From: a virus
Length of the DNA stretch: 64,000 bases
IMG/VR virus record: IMGVR_UViG_3300046170_000299
Reading direction: 5' to 3' (one strand)
Part shown: one piece after another, positions 1-9,090 of the stretch
How the letters are laid out: each line of letters begins with the position of its first letter
How positions within the stretch are numbered: position 1 is the stretch's first letter
Position numbers and translations under genes: made by a program
Notes under the pieces: generated by a model
What the model was told of the DNA's origin: nothing
What the model saw: the letters and a program-made list of their open reading frames with translations, nothing else
Database searches by the model: none

Positions 1-71
1 AAGTCAACACACAATTGCGTATTAATACTTATATAATATACTATATAAGTTTAGTATGGGATTGAAAGATC

Positions 72-242
72 ATGCCCCTGACTCAACAAAAGCATTACAC
101 AATTGGTTATTACGACAAGCAACATATTCACCACGAAATGTGTGGGTATGCGATGGACGTACATGAAGCCATAGAGAATTTAAAAGAGGATGTAGCTCTC
201 CTAAGAGCGCATCCTCATTTTATTGACTACTGCAAACCATAG
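72..242 (+). CDS. small hypothetical protein (56 aa), resembles a conserved picocyanobacterial/cyanophage protein
   Basis: Below the ORF-track cutoff. Hand translation: MPLTQQKHYTIGYYDKQHIHHEMCGYAMDVHEAIENLKEDVALLRAHPHFIDYCKP*. The resemblance is from recall. Confidence 0.6.
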   Translation: MPLTQQKHYTIGYYDKQHIHHEMCGYAMDVHEAIENLKEDVALLRAHPHFIDYCKP

Positions 243-252
243 GATATTGATA

Positions 253-360
253 ATGGACAAATCAAAAACATTTAAATTCAAATATCTACTACAAGGATGG
301 TGGTTGATATTAATTGTAGCAATGATTGCTTACGTACCTTCGATGGCATATGCAGGATGA
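253..360 (+). CDS. small membrane peptide (35 aa)
   Basis: MDKSKTFKFKYLLQGWWLILIVAMIAYVPSMAYAG*; the stop overlaps the next ATG (ATGA at 357-360). Confidence 0.45.
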   Translation: MDKSKTFKFKYLLQGWWLILIVAMIAYVPSMAYAG

Positions 361-518
361 CACATCATATTTTATTATTTGTTAGACACACCATGGACAA
401 TTCATGGTCACTTGGATTTCTATCTTTATCATTAGTAGTAATTCCTATCATTGGAATGGATCTTGTCCATAAACATGGATGGGAACATTGGGAACCTTTT
501 GCAAAGGGACACAAATGA
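357..518 (+). CDS. hypothetical membrane protein (53 aa)
   Basis: Track ORF 297-518 with the start moved to the ATGA-coupled ATG at 357; one hydrophobic segment. Confidence 0.6.
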   Translation: MTHHILLFVRHTMDNSWSLGFLSLSLVVIPIIGMDLVHKHGWEHWEPFAKGHK

Positions 519-595
519 TAAGTGGTATATTCGTATTTTCTTTTGTGTTATTACTCACGATAGGAATGGAAATTACTTGGCCTGTTAAGAAATGA
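515..595 (+). CDS. single-TM peptide (26 aa)
   Basis: MISGIFVFSFVLLLTIGMEITWPVKK*; ATGA overlaps with the neighbouring genes at both ends. Confidence 0.45.
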   Translation: MISGIFVFSFVLLLTIGMEITWPVKK

Positions 596-801
596 ATTTA
601 TTACTACGACCACTTGAGAACGCCAATAATCCTGTATGGTCAGTGATTATCATGGTAATCATTGCTGTTGGGATGGCACTAGGTTATGTCATATACATAC
701 TAAGACAAGCTTTTGCAGAATTAAAAGATGGGAGCAATGACACCACCGAGCAGGAAGTCCTGCTACAACTTCCGAGTGACGGAGATCAATCGTGTCCTTG
801 A
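592..801 (+). CDS. hypothetical membrane protein
   Basis: 69 aa, one TM segment, ATGA-coupled start. Confidence 0.65.
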   Translation: MNLLLRPLENANNPVWSVIIMVIIAVGMALGYVIYILRQAFAELKDGSNDTTEQEVLLQLPSDGDQSCP

Positions 802-1189
802 TGGTGATACTATCGATGTCACTATTGACCTCGGGTTTGATTTATACAAGAAAGAAAGAGTTAGAGTTGCAGGCGTTGATACGCCAGAGAAAAGGACCCG
901 AAACTTAGAGGAGAAAGCACTTGGAATCGACGCAACCAACTGGCTCAAAGAAAAACTCGAAGGCACGTTGGCTGGTGATGATGAGTTGTCTGTTAGGACT
1001 GAACTTGTTGGTGGCACTGGGAAATACGGGCGTCTTCTGGGTTGGCTTTACATTGGGGACGACCATGTGTCCCTTAACGAGCAAATGATTACAGAAGGAT
1101 ATGCTCACGCTTATGATGGAGGCACCAAGGATATGAACCTTGAAGCACTACGTGAGATTCGCAGAGCACATGGAACTTTAACGGAGTAA
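728..1189 (+). CDS. thermonuclease (staphylococcal nuclease family)
   Basis: Motifs VLDGDTIDV, RVAGVDTPE, GKYGRLLG and LNEQMITEGYA. Confidence 0.85.
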   Translation: MGAMTPPSRKSCYNFRVTEINRVLDGDTIDVTIDLGFDLYKKERVRVAGVDTPEKRTRNLEEKALGIDATNWLKEKLEGTLAGDDELSVRTELVGGTGKYGRLLGWLYIGDDHVSLNEQMITEGYAHAYDGGTKDMNLEALREIRRAHGTLTE

Positions 1190-1194
1190 ATACT

Positions 1195-1395
1195 ATGAGA
1201 GACAAAATGATTAGCGCACTTAAGCAACATGCCTTAGGTCAAATTGAAAAACATAAAATTAATGTTGAAGTTTATCTTCAAAATCCCGTAGGAATTGGAG
1301 AACATCCAGACGTTATGTCTGCATTAGAAGCTGAAGTAGATGCTATTTCACATTGGCATGATCAAATAGAGGTTATCGAAAAGTACATCAAATGA
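1195..1395 (+). CDS. conserved hypothetical phage protein
   Basis: 66 aa with NPVGIGEHPD motif. Confidence 0.75.
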   Translation: MRDKMISALKQHALGQIEKHKINVEVYLQNPVGIGEHPDVMSALEAEVDAISHWHDQIEVIEKYIK

Positions 1396-1622
1396 ACAAC
1401 ACAGATCCTAATTATAATTATGATGAGGATTGGTATTGCGAATTTAAAATGGGTATACATGACGTTAAATCATTATACTCTGTAATCTGCTATTCTTTGG
1501 AAATGTGGCCAGGTTCTCCTGCACGTCCCGCTGAAGAGCAAGAATATTTACATATGATCAAGCAACAATTATTTGCTATGCTTGCTGATTATACTTTCAC
1601 ACATATAGAAGTGCAGGAGTAA
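1392..1622 (+). CDS. hypothetical protein
   Basis: 76 aa, ATGA overlap with the upstream gene. Confidence 0.6.
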   Translation: MNNTDPNYNYDEDWYCEFKMGIHDVKSLYSVICYSLEMWPGSPARPAEEQEYLHMIKQQLFAMLADYTFTHIEVQE

Positions 1623-1624
1623 TT

Positions 1625-1909
1625 ATGGAATTTTCAAATTTAAAATTGGAAAGGAAAGAATGCGAAAAATGTGGAGCAACATGGATTAATGGTACACATG
1701 TCTGGCGTGGTACTGGAGCTTCATCTGATTCTAGTGAACTTGATCTTGCTGGTCTTGTTTGTAACAAGTATGGAAACGATCAGTGCATCAATCCCATGAA
1801 GGGGAAAGATGGTGGACAGACTTGGGAATATAGATCAGGGTATATTGATGGTATGCTCAAAGGAAAGAAAGATGCTATGGAAGAACTTAACAAGAATTTT
1901 GATTTCTAA
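1625..1909 (+). CDS. hypothetical protein with Cys motifs
   Basis: 94 aa, CxxC and LVCNKYGNDQCINP. Confidence 0.7.
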   Translation: MEFSNLKLERKECEKCGATWINGTHVWRGTGASSDSSELDLAGLVCNKYGNDQCINPMKGKDGGQTWEYRSGYIDGMLKGKKDAMEELNKNFDF

Positions 1910-1912
1910 ATA
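1907..1912 (+). promoter_or_regulatory. T4-type late promoter core (TAAATA) upstream of gp17
   Basis: CTAAATAC lies 25 nt upstream of the GTG start at 1937. Confidence 0.6.
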
Positions 1913-1936
1913 CTAGTAGTGAACTAGATTTTTGTC

Positions 1937-3587
1937 GTGGCAAGTAATGATGTATACTTGGGTAATCCCAACCTGAAGAAGGCTGGGACCCCAATACAGT
2001 TTACAAAGAAGCAAATTGATGAGTGGATCAAGTGTAAGAATGATCCTATCTATTTTGCAATGAACTATATCAAGATCATCTCGCTGGATGAAGGTTTGGT
2101 TCCTTTTGAGCATGTATGATTTTCAAAAAAAGATTCTGAATGATTTTCATGAAAACAGATTCAACATCGCAAAGCTCCCAAGACAGACTGGTAAAAGTAC
2201 CACCGTGGTTGCCTATCTTCTTTATTACGCAATTTTTTATGATAGTGTTAACATTGGTATTCTTGCAAACAAAGCATCTACTGCTAGGGAACTGTTAGGA
2301 AGATTACAACTTGCGTATGAAAATCTACCAAAGTGGATGCAACATGGAATATTAGTATGGAACAAAGGTAATGTCGAACTCGAAAACGGATCTAAAATAT
2401 TGGCTGCTTCTACCTCTGCTAGTGCGGTTAGAGGTATGTCCTTCAACATTCTATTCCTTGACGAGTTTGCATTCGTCCCTAACCATGTCGCAGAACAATT
2501 CTTTGCATCAGTATATCCTACTATTACTTCTGGTAAATCAACGAAAGTAATTATTATCTCTACGCCCAATGGCATGAATCACTTCTACAAGATGTGGGAG
2601 GATGCTAGTAGAGGTAGAAATGATTATACTACAAATGAAGTACACTGGTCTCAAGTACCTGGCAGAGACAGCAAGTGGAAAGAAGAGACAATTAAAAACA
2701 CTTCACCCAGACAGTTTGCACAAGAGTTTGAGTGTGACTTCCTTGGATCTGCTGATACCTTAATCAGTCCATCCAAATTACAAACTATACCATTCCATGA
2801 CCCCATAGCTAGCAATGCAGGACTTGACGTTTATAAGAGAGCAGAAAAGGATCACGAATATATTATTACTGTCGATGTTGCCAGAGGAATTGGTGGCGAC
2901 TATTCTGCTTTCCTCGTGTTTGATATCACCAGTGTGCCGTATCAGATCGTTGCGAAGTACAGAAATAATGAGATTAAACCTGTACTGTTTCCCTCGGTCA
3001 TCTTCCAAGTAGCAAAAGAATATAACAACCCATATATTTTGGTAGAAGTAAATGACATTGGAGATTCAATTGCTGCTACTCTTAATTACGATCTTGAATA
3101 TCCTAACGTTCTTATGTGTGCGATGCGTGGAAGAGCGGGGCAAGTTGTGGGTCAAGGATTCTCTGGATCAAAAACACAACTAGGTGTCAAGATGAGTGTA
3201 ACTGTCAAGAAGATCGGTTGCTCTAATCTTAAAGCTATTATTGAAGAAGATAAGTTATTGTTTAATGACTTCCAAATTTTCCAAGAGCTAACTACGTTTG
3301 TACAAAAGAAACAAGCATGGGAAGCAGATGAAGGTTATCATGATGACCTCGTAATGTGTATGGTATTGTTTGCATGGTTAGTCATGCAGGAATATTTTAA
3401 AGATATGACTGACCAAGATATTAGAAGGAGAATCTATGATGAACAAAGAAATCAAATTGAACAGGATATGTCTCCTTTTGGTTTTATTGATGATGGCATG
3501 GGTGATGATACCTTTCTGGATGCAGAAGGCGATCTGTGGGCATACGGAGACAAGCAAGAAGAAGTTGGATATATGTGGAACTACTGA
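1937..3587 (+). CDS. gp17: terminase large subunit gp17, split by a +1 frameshift near 2107-2111
   Basis: The N-terminus (YLGNPNLKKA...GLVPF) is in ORF 1937-2119. The rest (MYDFQ, adenine-binding YxFQ, Walker A PRQTGKST, Walker B LFLDEFAF, nuclease HDDLVM) is in ORF 2088-3587. The two frames differ by one extra base. Confidence 0.93.
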
Positions 3588-3817
3588 TGGATATTGGGGA
3601 GCAGTTCAGTTTAGAACACCTTCTTTTTAAAGAAAGAACTTGTAGATCATGTAATAAAAAGAAAAATTTAATAGAAGATTTTTACATGACAAGAAAATCT
3701 AAACGAGGATTACCGTCAGCATATTCATACGAATGTAAAGATTGCACGATCAACAGAATTCTAAATAATAGAAAGGGGAAACAATCTTTGTCTGATTGGG
3801 TGTATCCAGACTGGTAG
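3587..3817 (+). CDS. Zn-finger hypothetical protein
   Basis: ATG overlaps the gp17 stop; CxxC...CxxC. Confidence 0.7.
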   Translation: MDIGEQFSLEHLLFKERTCRSCNKKKNLIEDFYMTRKSKRGLPSAYSYECKDCTINRILNNRKGKQSLSDWVYPDW

Positions 3818-3837
3818 GTTGTTCATGCATTGTTTCC

Positions 3838-3892
3838 CCTCTAGAGCAAGAGGAATTTCTAAATACATTTAGATAAATTTGATATCTAGAGG
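3838..3892 (+). promoter_or_regulatory. late promoter (TAAATA 3860-3865) inside a hairpin that pairs the gp18 SD
   Basis: CCTCTAGA 3838-3845 pairs with TCTAGAGG 3885-3892; inner stem TCTAAA/TTTAGA. Confidence 0.55.
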
Positions 3893-3901
3893 TAAAAAAA
3901 C

Positions 3902-5812
3902 ATGGCAAGTCAAGTCTCGCCTGGTGTCGTTATTAGAGAACGTGATTTGTCCAATGCAGTTGTAGTTGGTTCTAGTGCCCTTCGTGGTGCTATGTCCTCT
4001 TCATTCCGCAAAGGACCCGTAGGCAAAATTGTACAAATTGGTTCTGAAAGAGAACTTATTGATGTATTTGGAGCACCAGATGAGGCAAACGCTTCTGATT
4101 GGTTAGTAGCATCCGAATTCCTTCGTTATGGTGGAACGTTAGCGGTTGTTCGTGCAGCTACTGGAGTTCTAAACTCAACACTTTCTGGTTCGGGAGTTCT
4201 TATTGGTAGTAAGGATGACTTCGATGCAGGTGTAACTACTGAAAAATTTGCTGCTAGAGATGCTGGCGCAGATGGTAACACCCTTCGTGTTGTTATTGTA
4301 GATAAAGTAGCAGATGCAAAGATGACCAAAGCTGGTCACGGTCTTGCAGTCGGTGGCACAGTTAATGACGGTGCTAACGATCACGAAGTTACTGTTGTTA
4401 TTGATGCTAACACTGTTGGTATTAAAGAAGGTACTGCTCCTGCAGTAACTGGTAACAGTTTCACTAAGTCTGCTTTCACCAACTCTGACTGGAACGCACT
4501 TCCAATCGGATCAACTGGTTTAACATACAAAGCTATTGCTCCTCGTCCTGGCACTTCTGCTTTCGCTTCCGAGCGTCATCTATCTGCTGACGAAGTACAC
4601 GTTGCTGTTATTGATGAAACAACAAACAATATTGTTGAAAGATTGACATATCTTTCAAAACTTTCTGATGCTAAGACACCTGAAGGTGCTTCTTCTTATT
4701 GGAAAGATTATCTTAATGAATTTTCTGGTTATGTTTATGCAGGTCAAGGATTAAGTTCTGCTGAGTTTAGTACACTTGGTGAAGATCCTGGCGCTACTGC
4801 TGCATCTTACGGTGCTACTGCTGCATCTCCATTGGTTATTGCATACATCAAGTCTACTGCTGGTGGATCTCTATCTGGTGGTACTGATGACTATGCATAC
4901 ACTGCTGGTGAAGTACAAGCAGGATACGATCTATTCTTAGACACTGAAGAAACCACTGTAGACTTCGTTCTAATGGGTGGCGACGGTGCTAGTGAAGCAG
5001 ATACAATTGCTAAAGCACAAGCTGTTGCTTCTGTTGCAAATAGCAGAAAGGATTGCATTGCATTCGTTTCTCCTTGGTCTGGTGCTCAAGTAGCTACCTC
5101 TGGTGGCGCTGCACTTACACCTGCAAATCAACTTGCTAACACATTATCCTTTATGGATAATATTTCTTCTAGTTCTTATGTTGTAAAAGACAGTGGACTT
5201 AAGTACACATACGATAGATTTAACGATAAGTATCGTTACATTGGTTGTAACGGTGACGTTGCTGGTCTATGTGTTTCTACTTCAGCAATTCTAGATGATT
5301 GGTTCTCTCCTGCAGGAACTAGTCGTGGTGGTTTACAAAATGTTGTAAAACTTGCTTTCAATCCTAACAAGGCACAGAGAGACGATCTTTACACCAGTGC
5401 AGTAAACCCAATCGTTGCTTTTCCTGGCGCAGGTCCTATCCTATTTGGTGACAAGACTGCACTAGCATCTCCCTCTGCATTCGATAGAATTAACGTTCGC
5501 CGTCTCTTCCTCAACGTTGAGAAGAGAGCTAGAGGACTTGCAGAAGCAGTTCTATTTGAACAGAATGATGAAACAACTCGTTCAGGGTTTGCTTCCTCTA
5601 TTGGTTCTTACCTTGCTGAGGTTCAGGCACGCAGAGGTGTAACTGATTTCCTAGTTGTTTGCGATGATACCAACAATACTCCTGAAGTCATTGACAGAAA
5701 TGAGTTTGTTGCTGAACTCTACCTCAAGCCTACACGCTCGATTAACTACGTAACAGTTACTGTAACTGCTACAAGAACGGGTGTCTCGTTCGCTGAAGTC
5801 GTCGGTAGATAA
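3902..5812 (+). CDS. gp18: tail sheath protein gp18
   Basis: SPGVVIRERD N-terminus, WFSPAG, FGDKT, FDRINVRRLF, YLKPTRSINY. Confidence 0.97.
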   Translation: MASQVSPGVVIRERDLSNAVVVGSSALRGAMSSSFRKGPVGKIVQIGSERELIDVFGAPDEANASDWLVASEFLRYGGTLAVVRAATGVLNSTLSGSGVLIGSKDDFDAGVTTEKFAARDAGADGNTLRVVIVDKVADAKMTKAGHGLAVGGTVNDGANDHEVTVVIDANTVGIKEGTAPAVTGNSFTKSAFTNSDWNALPIGSTGLTYKAIAPRPGTSAFASERHLSADEVHVAVIDETTNNIVERLTYLSKLSDAKTPEGASSYWKDYLNEFSGYVYAGQGLSSAEFSTLGEDPGATAASYGATAASPLVIAYIKSTAGGSLSGGTDDYAYTAGEVQAGYDLFLDTEETTVDFVLMGGDGASEADTIAKAQAVASVANSRKDCIAFVSPWSGAQVATSGGAALTPANQLANTLSFMDNISSSSYVVKDSGLKYTYDRFNDKYRYIGCNGDVAGLCVSTSAILDDWFSPAGTSRGGLQNVVKLAFNPNKAQRDDLYTSAVNPIVAFPGAGPILFGDKTALASPSAFDRINVRRLFLNVEKRARGLAEAVLFEQNDETTRSGFASSIGSYLAEVQARRGVTDFLVVCDDTNNTPEVIDRNEFVAELYLKPTRSINYVTVTVTATRTGVSFAEVVGR

Positions 5813-5850
5813 TCTAAAATATAACGAGAAAAAACACGAGGTAAAAAACA

Positions 5851-6438
5851 ATGGCAACAGTCAATAACGTAAGTTCGTTTTTACAGAATATCGGGCAAGG
5901 CGTCAAACCTAACATGTTTATGGTTGACATCAAGTTTCCTGATGTTCTAGATAAAACCGAATCGCAAGACTTGATCAACGTAATGTGCAAGTCTGCAGCA
6001 CTTCCAGGTTCTAACTTGGGTGTGATCGAAGTTCCTTTCAGAGGAAGAACAGTTAAAATCGCAGGTGATCGTACCTTCGATACATGGACTGCAACATTCT
6101 TCAACGATAAGGATCTTAAACTACGCTCCTTCTTTGAGCAGTGGGCAAATACCATCAATACTCACGATGATAACTCTGCTCCTCTGTTCAAACCTAACAA
6201 GAGTGATGGTTACATGGGTGAACTAATTGTTAAGCAACTTGAAAAGGATGCTTCTGCAGGTGGAGCTGTCTTAAGACAGTATACACTACTGCATTGCTTC
6301 CCAACTAACGTTTCTCCAATCGATCTTGCTTATGATAGCAATGACCAGATTGAAGAATTCACAGTTGAGTGGCAGTATTCTTACTTCACTGCACAAGGTG
6401 GTTCACGCGACGGCGTAAGTAGCATCGGCGTGGTTTGA
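5851..6438 (+). CDS. gp19: tail tube protein gp19
   Basis: CKSAALPGS, VPFRGRTVKIAGDRTFDTW, IEEFTVEWQY. Confidence 0.96.
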   Translation: MATVNNVSSFLQNIGQGVKPNMFMVDIKFPDVLDKTESQDLINVMCKSAALPGSNLGVIEVPFRGRTVKIAGDRTFDTWTATFFNDKDLKLRSFFEQWANTINTHDDNSAPLFKPNKSDGYMGELIVKQLEKDASAGGAVLRQYTLLHCFPTNVSPIDLAYDSNDQIEEFTVEWQYSYFTAQGGSRDGVSSIGVV

Positions 6439-6444
6439 TAAATA
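6439..6444 (+). promoter_or_regulatory. late promoter core upstream of gp20
   Basis: ATAAATAG immediately after the gp19 stop. Confidence 0.6.
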
Positions 6445-6475
6445 GTTGGAAGCATACTTATTTGAATAGGTAATC

Positions 6476-8179
6476 ATGAGTCAGTTATTTGGCTTCCAAA
6501 TTAATCGCAAGGAGGGTCAGAAGGGTCAGTCCCCTGTCCCTCCTAATGCTGATGAGGCAATTGCCGTAGCAGCAGGCGGATATTATGGAACATATGTGGA
6601 CACGGATAATCAAGCTCGTAATGAGTTTGAGATGATCCGTCGTTATCGTGACATGGCACTACACCCTGAGGTTGATAGTGCTGTTGATGAAGTCGTTAAT
6701 GAATTTATTGTGAGTGATGCTCATGATACCCCCGTCGAAGTTAATCTAGATAATCTAGATGCTGGTATGGGAATTAAAAGAAAAATTCGTGACGAATTTG
6801 AATACCTCAAAAAACTTTTAAACTTTGACCATCGCGCACATGAGATTGTCAGATCTTGGTATATTGACGGAAGACTTTATTATCACAAGGTTATCGATTT
6901 AGATAATCCAAAGAAAGGTATTACGGAACTTCGTTATATTGATCCGATGAAGATCAAGAAGGTCCGTCAAAAAATCGACAACAAACCGAAAGACTCTCTA
7001 GCTCGTGAGGCAATCAAAGGCACTGCGCTTGAGTATGAATACGGTACGTTTGTTGACTACTATCTTTATAACCCAAAAGGTTTTTATAAGGGTGGTGTAT
7101 TAGGACCAGTTGGCGATATGTCTTTGTCTCAGGGTGTCAAGATGGCAACTGATTCAATTACATTCTGTCCCTCTGGACTACAAGATTTAAACAAAAGAAT
7201 GACTCTTGGTTTTCTTCACAAGTCAATCAAGACACTCAATCAACTCAGAATGATTGAAGATTCAATTGTTATCTACAGATTGTCTCGTGCTCCTGAACGT
7301 AGAATTTTCTACATTGATGTTGGTAATCTACCGAAGGTAAAAGCGGAACAATATCTTCGTGATGTTATGAGTCGCTATCGTAACAAGCTAGTGTATGACG
7401 CAAACACTGGTGAGATGCGTGACGACAAAAAGCACATGAGTATGCTAGAGGATTTCTGGTTACCTCGTAGAGAGGGTGGACGTGGCACTGAGATCACGAC
7501 TCTACCTGGAGGACAGAACCTTGGCGAACTTAAGGACGTTGAGTATTTTAAAAAGAAACTTTATAACTCTCTCAATCTTCCTCCCTCTCGTCTCACAGAC
7601 GACAATAAAGGATTCAATCTCGGTAAGACCACTGAAGTCCTCCGTGACGAACTTAAGTTCACGAAGTTCATTGGTCGTCTCCGTAAGAGATTCAGTGAGA
7701 TGTTCCAAGACATGCTCAAGACTCAACTCATCCTTAAAGGAGTAATTGCTCCTGAAGATTGGGATGATATGAAAGAGCATATTCAATATGACTTCTTATT
7801 TGATAATCATTTTAATGAATTAAAAAACATTGAAATGATGAACCAACGTATGATGACTGTCAGTCAAATGGATCCTTTTGTTGGGAAATATTTTTCTACA
7901 GAATATATCCGTAAAGAAATTCTTGGACAAACTGCTAAGGATATGCGTGAGATTGATAAACAGATGAGGTCAGATATTGACACTGGTCTTGCTATCGATC
8001 CTGTAGAAGTCAATGTTCTTGATAACATGCAGCAAACAAATCAGGCACTCGCCCCTGAAATTCAAGGTATGCAAGCAGATGATGCTGCAGAAAGAGAAGC
8101 TGCCTCAGCTGATGCTGCGCTCGAAAGAGATTTAAAAAGAGCAAAATCCGCACCTAAACCTTCTCCAAATAATAAATAA
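6476..8179 (+). CDS. gp20: portal vertex protein gp20
   Basis: YRDMALHPEVDSAV, IYRLSRAPERRIFYIDVG, EDFWLPRREGGRGTEI. Confidence 0.97.
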   Translation: MSQLFGFQINRKEGQKGQSPVPPNADEAIAVAAGGYYGTYVDTDNQARNEFEMIRRYRDMALHPEVDSAVDEVVNEFIVSDAHDTPVEVNLDNLDAGMGIKRKIRDEFEYLKKLLNFDHRAHEIVRSWYIDGRLYYHKVIDLDNPKKGITELRYIDPMKIKKVRQKIDNKPKDSLAREAIKGTALEYEYGTFVDYYLYNPKGFYKGGVLGPVGDMSLSQGVKMATDSITFCPSGLQDLNKRMTLGFLHKSIKTLNQLRMIEDSIVIYRLSRAPERRIFYIDVGNLPKVKAEQYLRDVMSRYRNKLVYDANTGEMRDDKKHMSMLEDFWLPRREGGRGTEITTLPGGQNLGELKDVEYFKKKLYNSLNLPPSRLTDDNKGFNLGKTTEVLRDELKFTKFIGRLRKRFSEMFQDMLKTQLILKGVIAPEDWDDMKEHIQYDFLFDNHFNELKNIEMMNQRMMTVSQMDPFVGKYFSTEYIRKEILGQTAKDMREIDKQMRSDIDTGLAIDPVEVNVLDNMQQTNQALAPEIQGMQADDAAEREAASADAALERDLKRAKSAPKPSPNNK

Positions 8180-8198
8180 AATATACTGAATCATTATT

Positions 8199-8420
8199 AT
8201 GCCTGAAAACACTGAAGTTAATAACGAAGTAGGTGCTGTAGATATCGTTGGAAAAATCAATGATAATCAAAGAGCATCTGCAATCGATGCTATCCATGAC
8301 ATGTTATTTTCCAAAGCTTCCGAAGCTATGGCAGGTTACAAAAAAGTGGTAGCAAATACATTCTTTGACGAACCTACCGAAACGGAAGAACCCGATGAAA
8401 CTGATAACGGAAACGATTGA
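8199..8420 (+). CDS. small acidic protein between portal and prohead protease (position of T4 gp67/gp68 core proteins)
   Basis: 73 aa, preceded by TAAATA at 8173-8178; the assignment is positional only. Confidence 0.6.
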   Translation: MPENTEVNNEVGAVDIVGKINDNQRASAIDAIHDMLFSKASEAMAGYKKVVANTFFDEPTETEEPDETDNGND

Positions 8421-9039
8421 AAACGTTAAACTCCTTACTGAGGAGAAGAACGGAAAAAAACTTCTGTATATTGAAGGTGTATTCCTTCAATCAGAACTAA
8501 AGAACCGCAATGGTCGTATGTATCCTTATAGTGTTCTTGAGCGAGAGGTCAAGAGATACAATGAAGAGTACGTACAATCTAAGCGTGCTTTAGGTGAACT
8601 CGGACATCCAGATGGTCCTACCATCAATCTCGATAGAGTGTCGCATAGAATTATTTCTCTCAAAGCAGAGGGTAATAACTTTATTGGAAAGGCACAAATT
8701 TTAGATACCCCAATGGGTAACATCGCTAAGAATCTACTTGGCGAAGGAGTTCAGTTAGGTGTTTCCTCTCGTGGTATGGGAAGCATTCAAAGAAGTGAAG
8801 ACTGCAACGTTGTTGCAGATGACTTCATGCTTACAACTGCTGCAGATATTGTAGCAGATCCTTCCGCACCTGATGCTTTTGTAAATGGAATTATGGAAGG
8901 TAAAGAATGGGTATGGGACAACGGTCTTTTAAAAGAAAGAGAAGTTGCTAAATACCAGAGATACATGGAAGGTGCTAACCGCCGCTCCATGGAAGAGAAA
9001 ACGCTCAAAGTGTTTGAGCATTTCCTCTCAAATCTTTGA
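8395..9039 (+). CDS. gp21: prohead protease gp21
   Basis: MKLITETIE start, GELGHP, GVSSRGMGS, ADPSAPDAFV. Confidence 0.96.
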   Translation: MKLITETIENVKLLTEEKNGKKLLYIEGVFLQSELKNRNGRMYPYSVLEREVKRYNEEYVQSKRALGELGHPDGPTINLDRVSHRIISLKAEGNNFIGKAQILDTPMGNIAKNLLGEGVQLGVSSRGMGSIQRSEDCNVVADDFMLTTAADIVADPSAPDAFVNGIMEGKEWVWDNGLLKEREVAKYQRYMEGANRRSMEEKTLKVFEHFLSNL

Positions 9040-9042
9040 TTC

Positions 9043-9050
9043 TATAAATA
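9043..9050 (+). promoter_or_regulatory. late promoter TATAAATA upstream of gp22
   Basis: Exact T4 late consensus. Confidence 0.8.
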
Positions 9051-9090
9051 AACTTAGATTAATAATACGGAAATTACGAGGTAAACTCAA

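Noticed and set aside
515-595. Resemblance of the 26-aa peptide to cytochrome b6f small subunits (PetL/M/N)
   Set aside because: Only length and hydrophobicity match; the family residues I recall are not recognisable.
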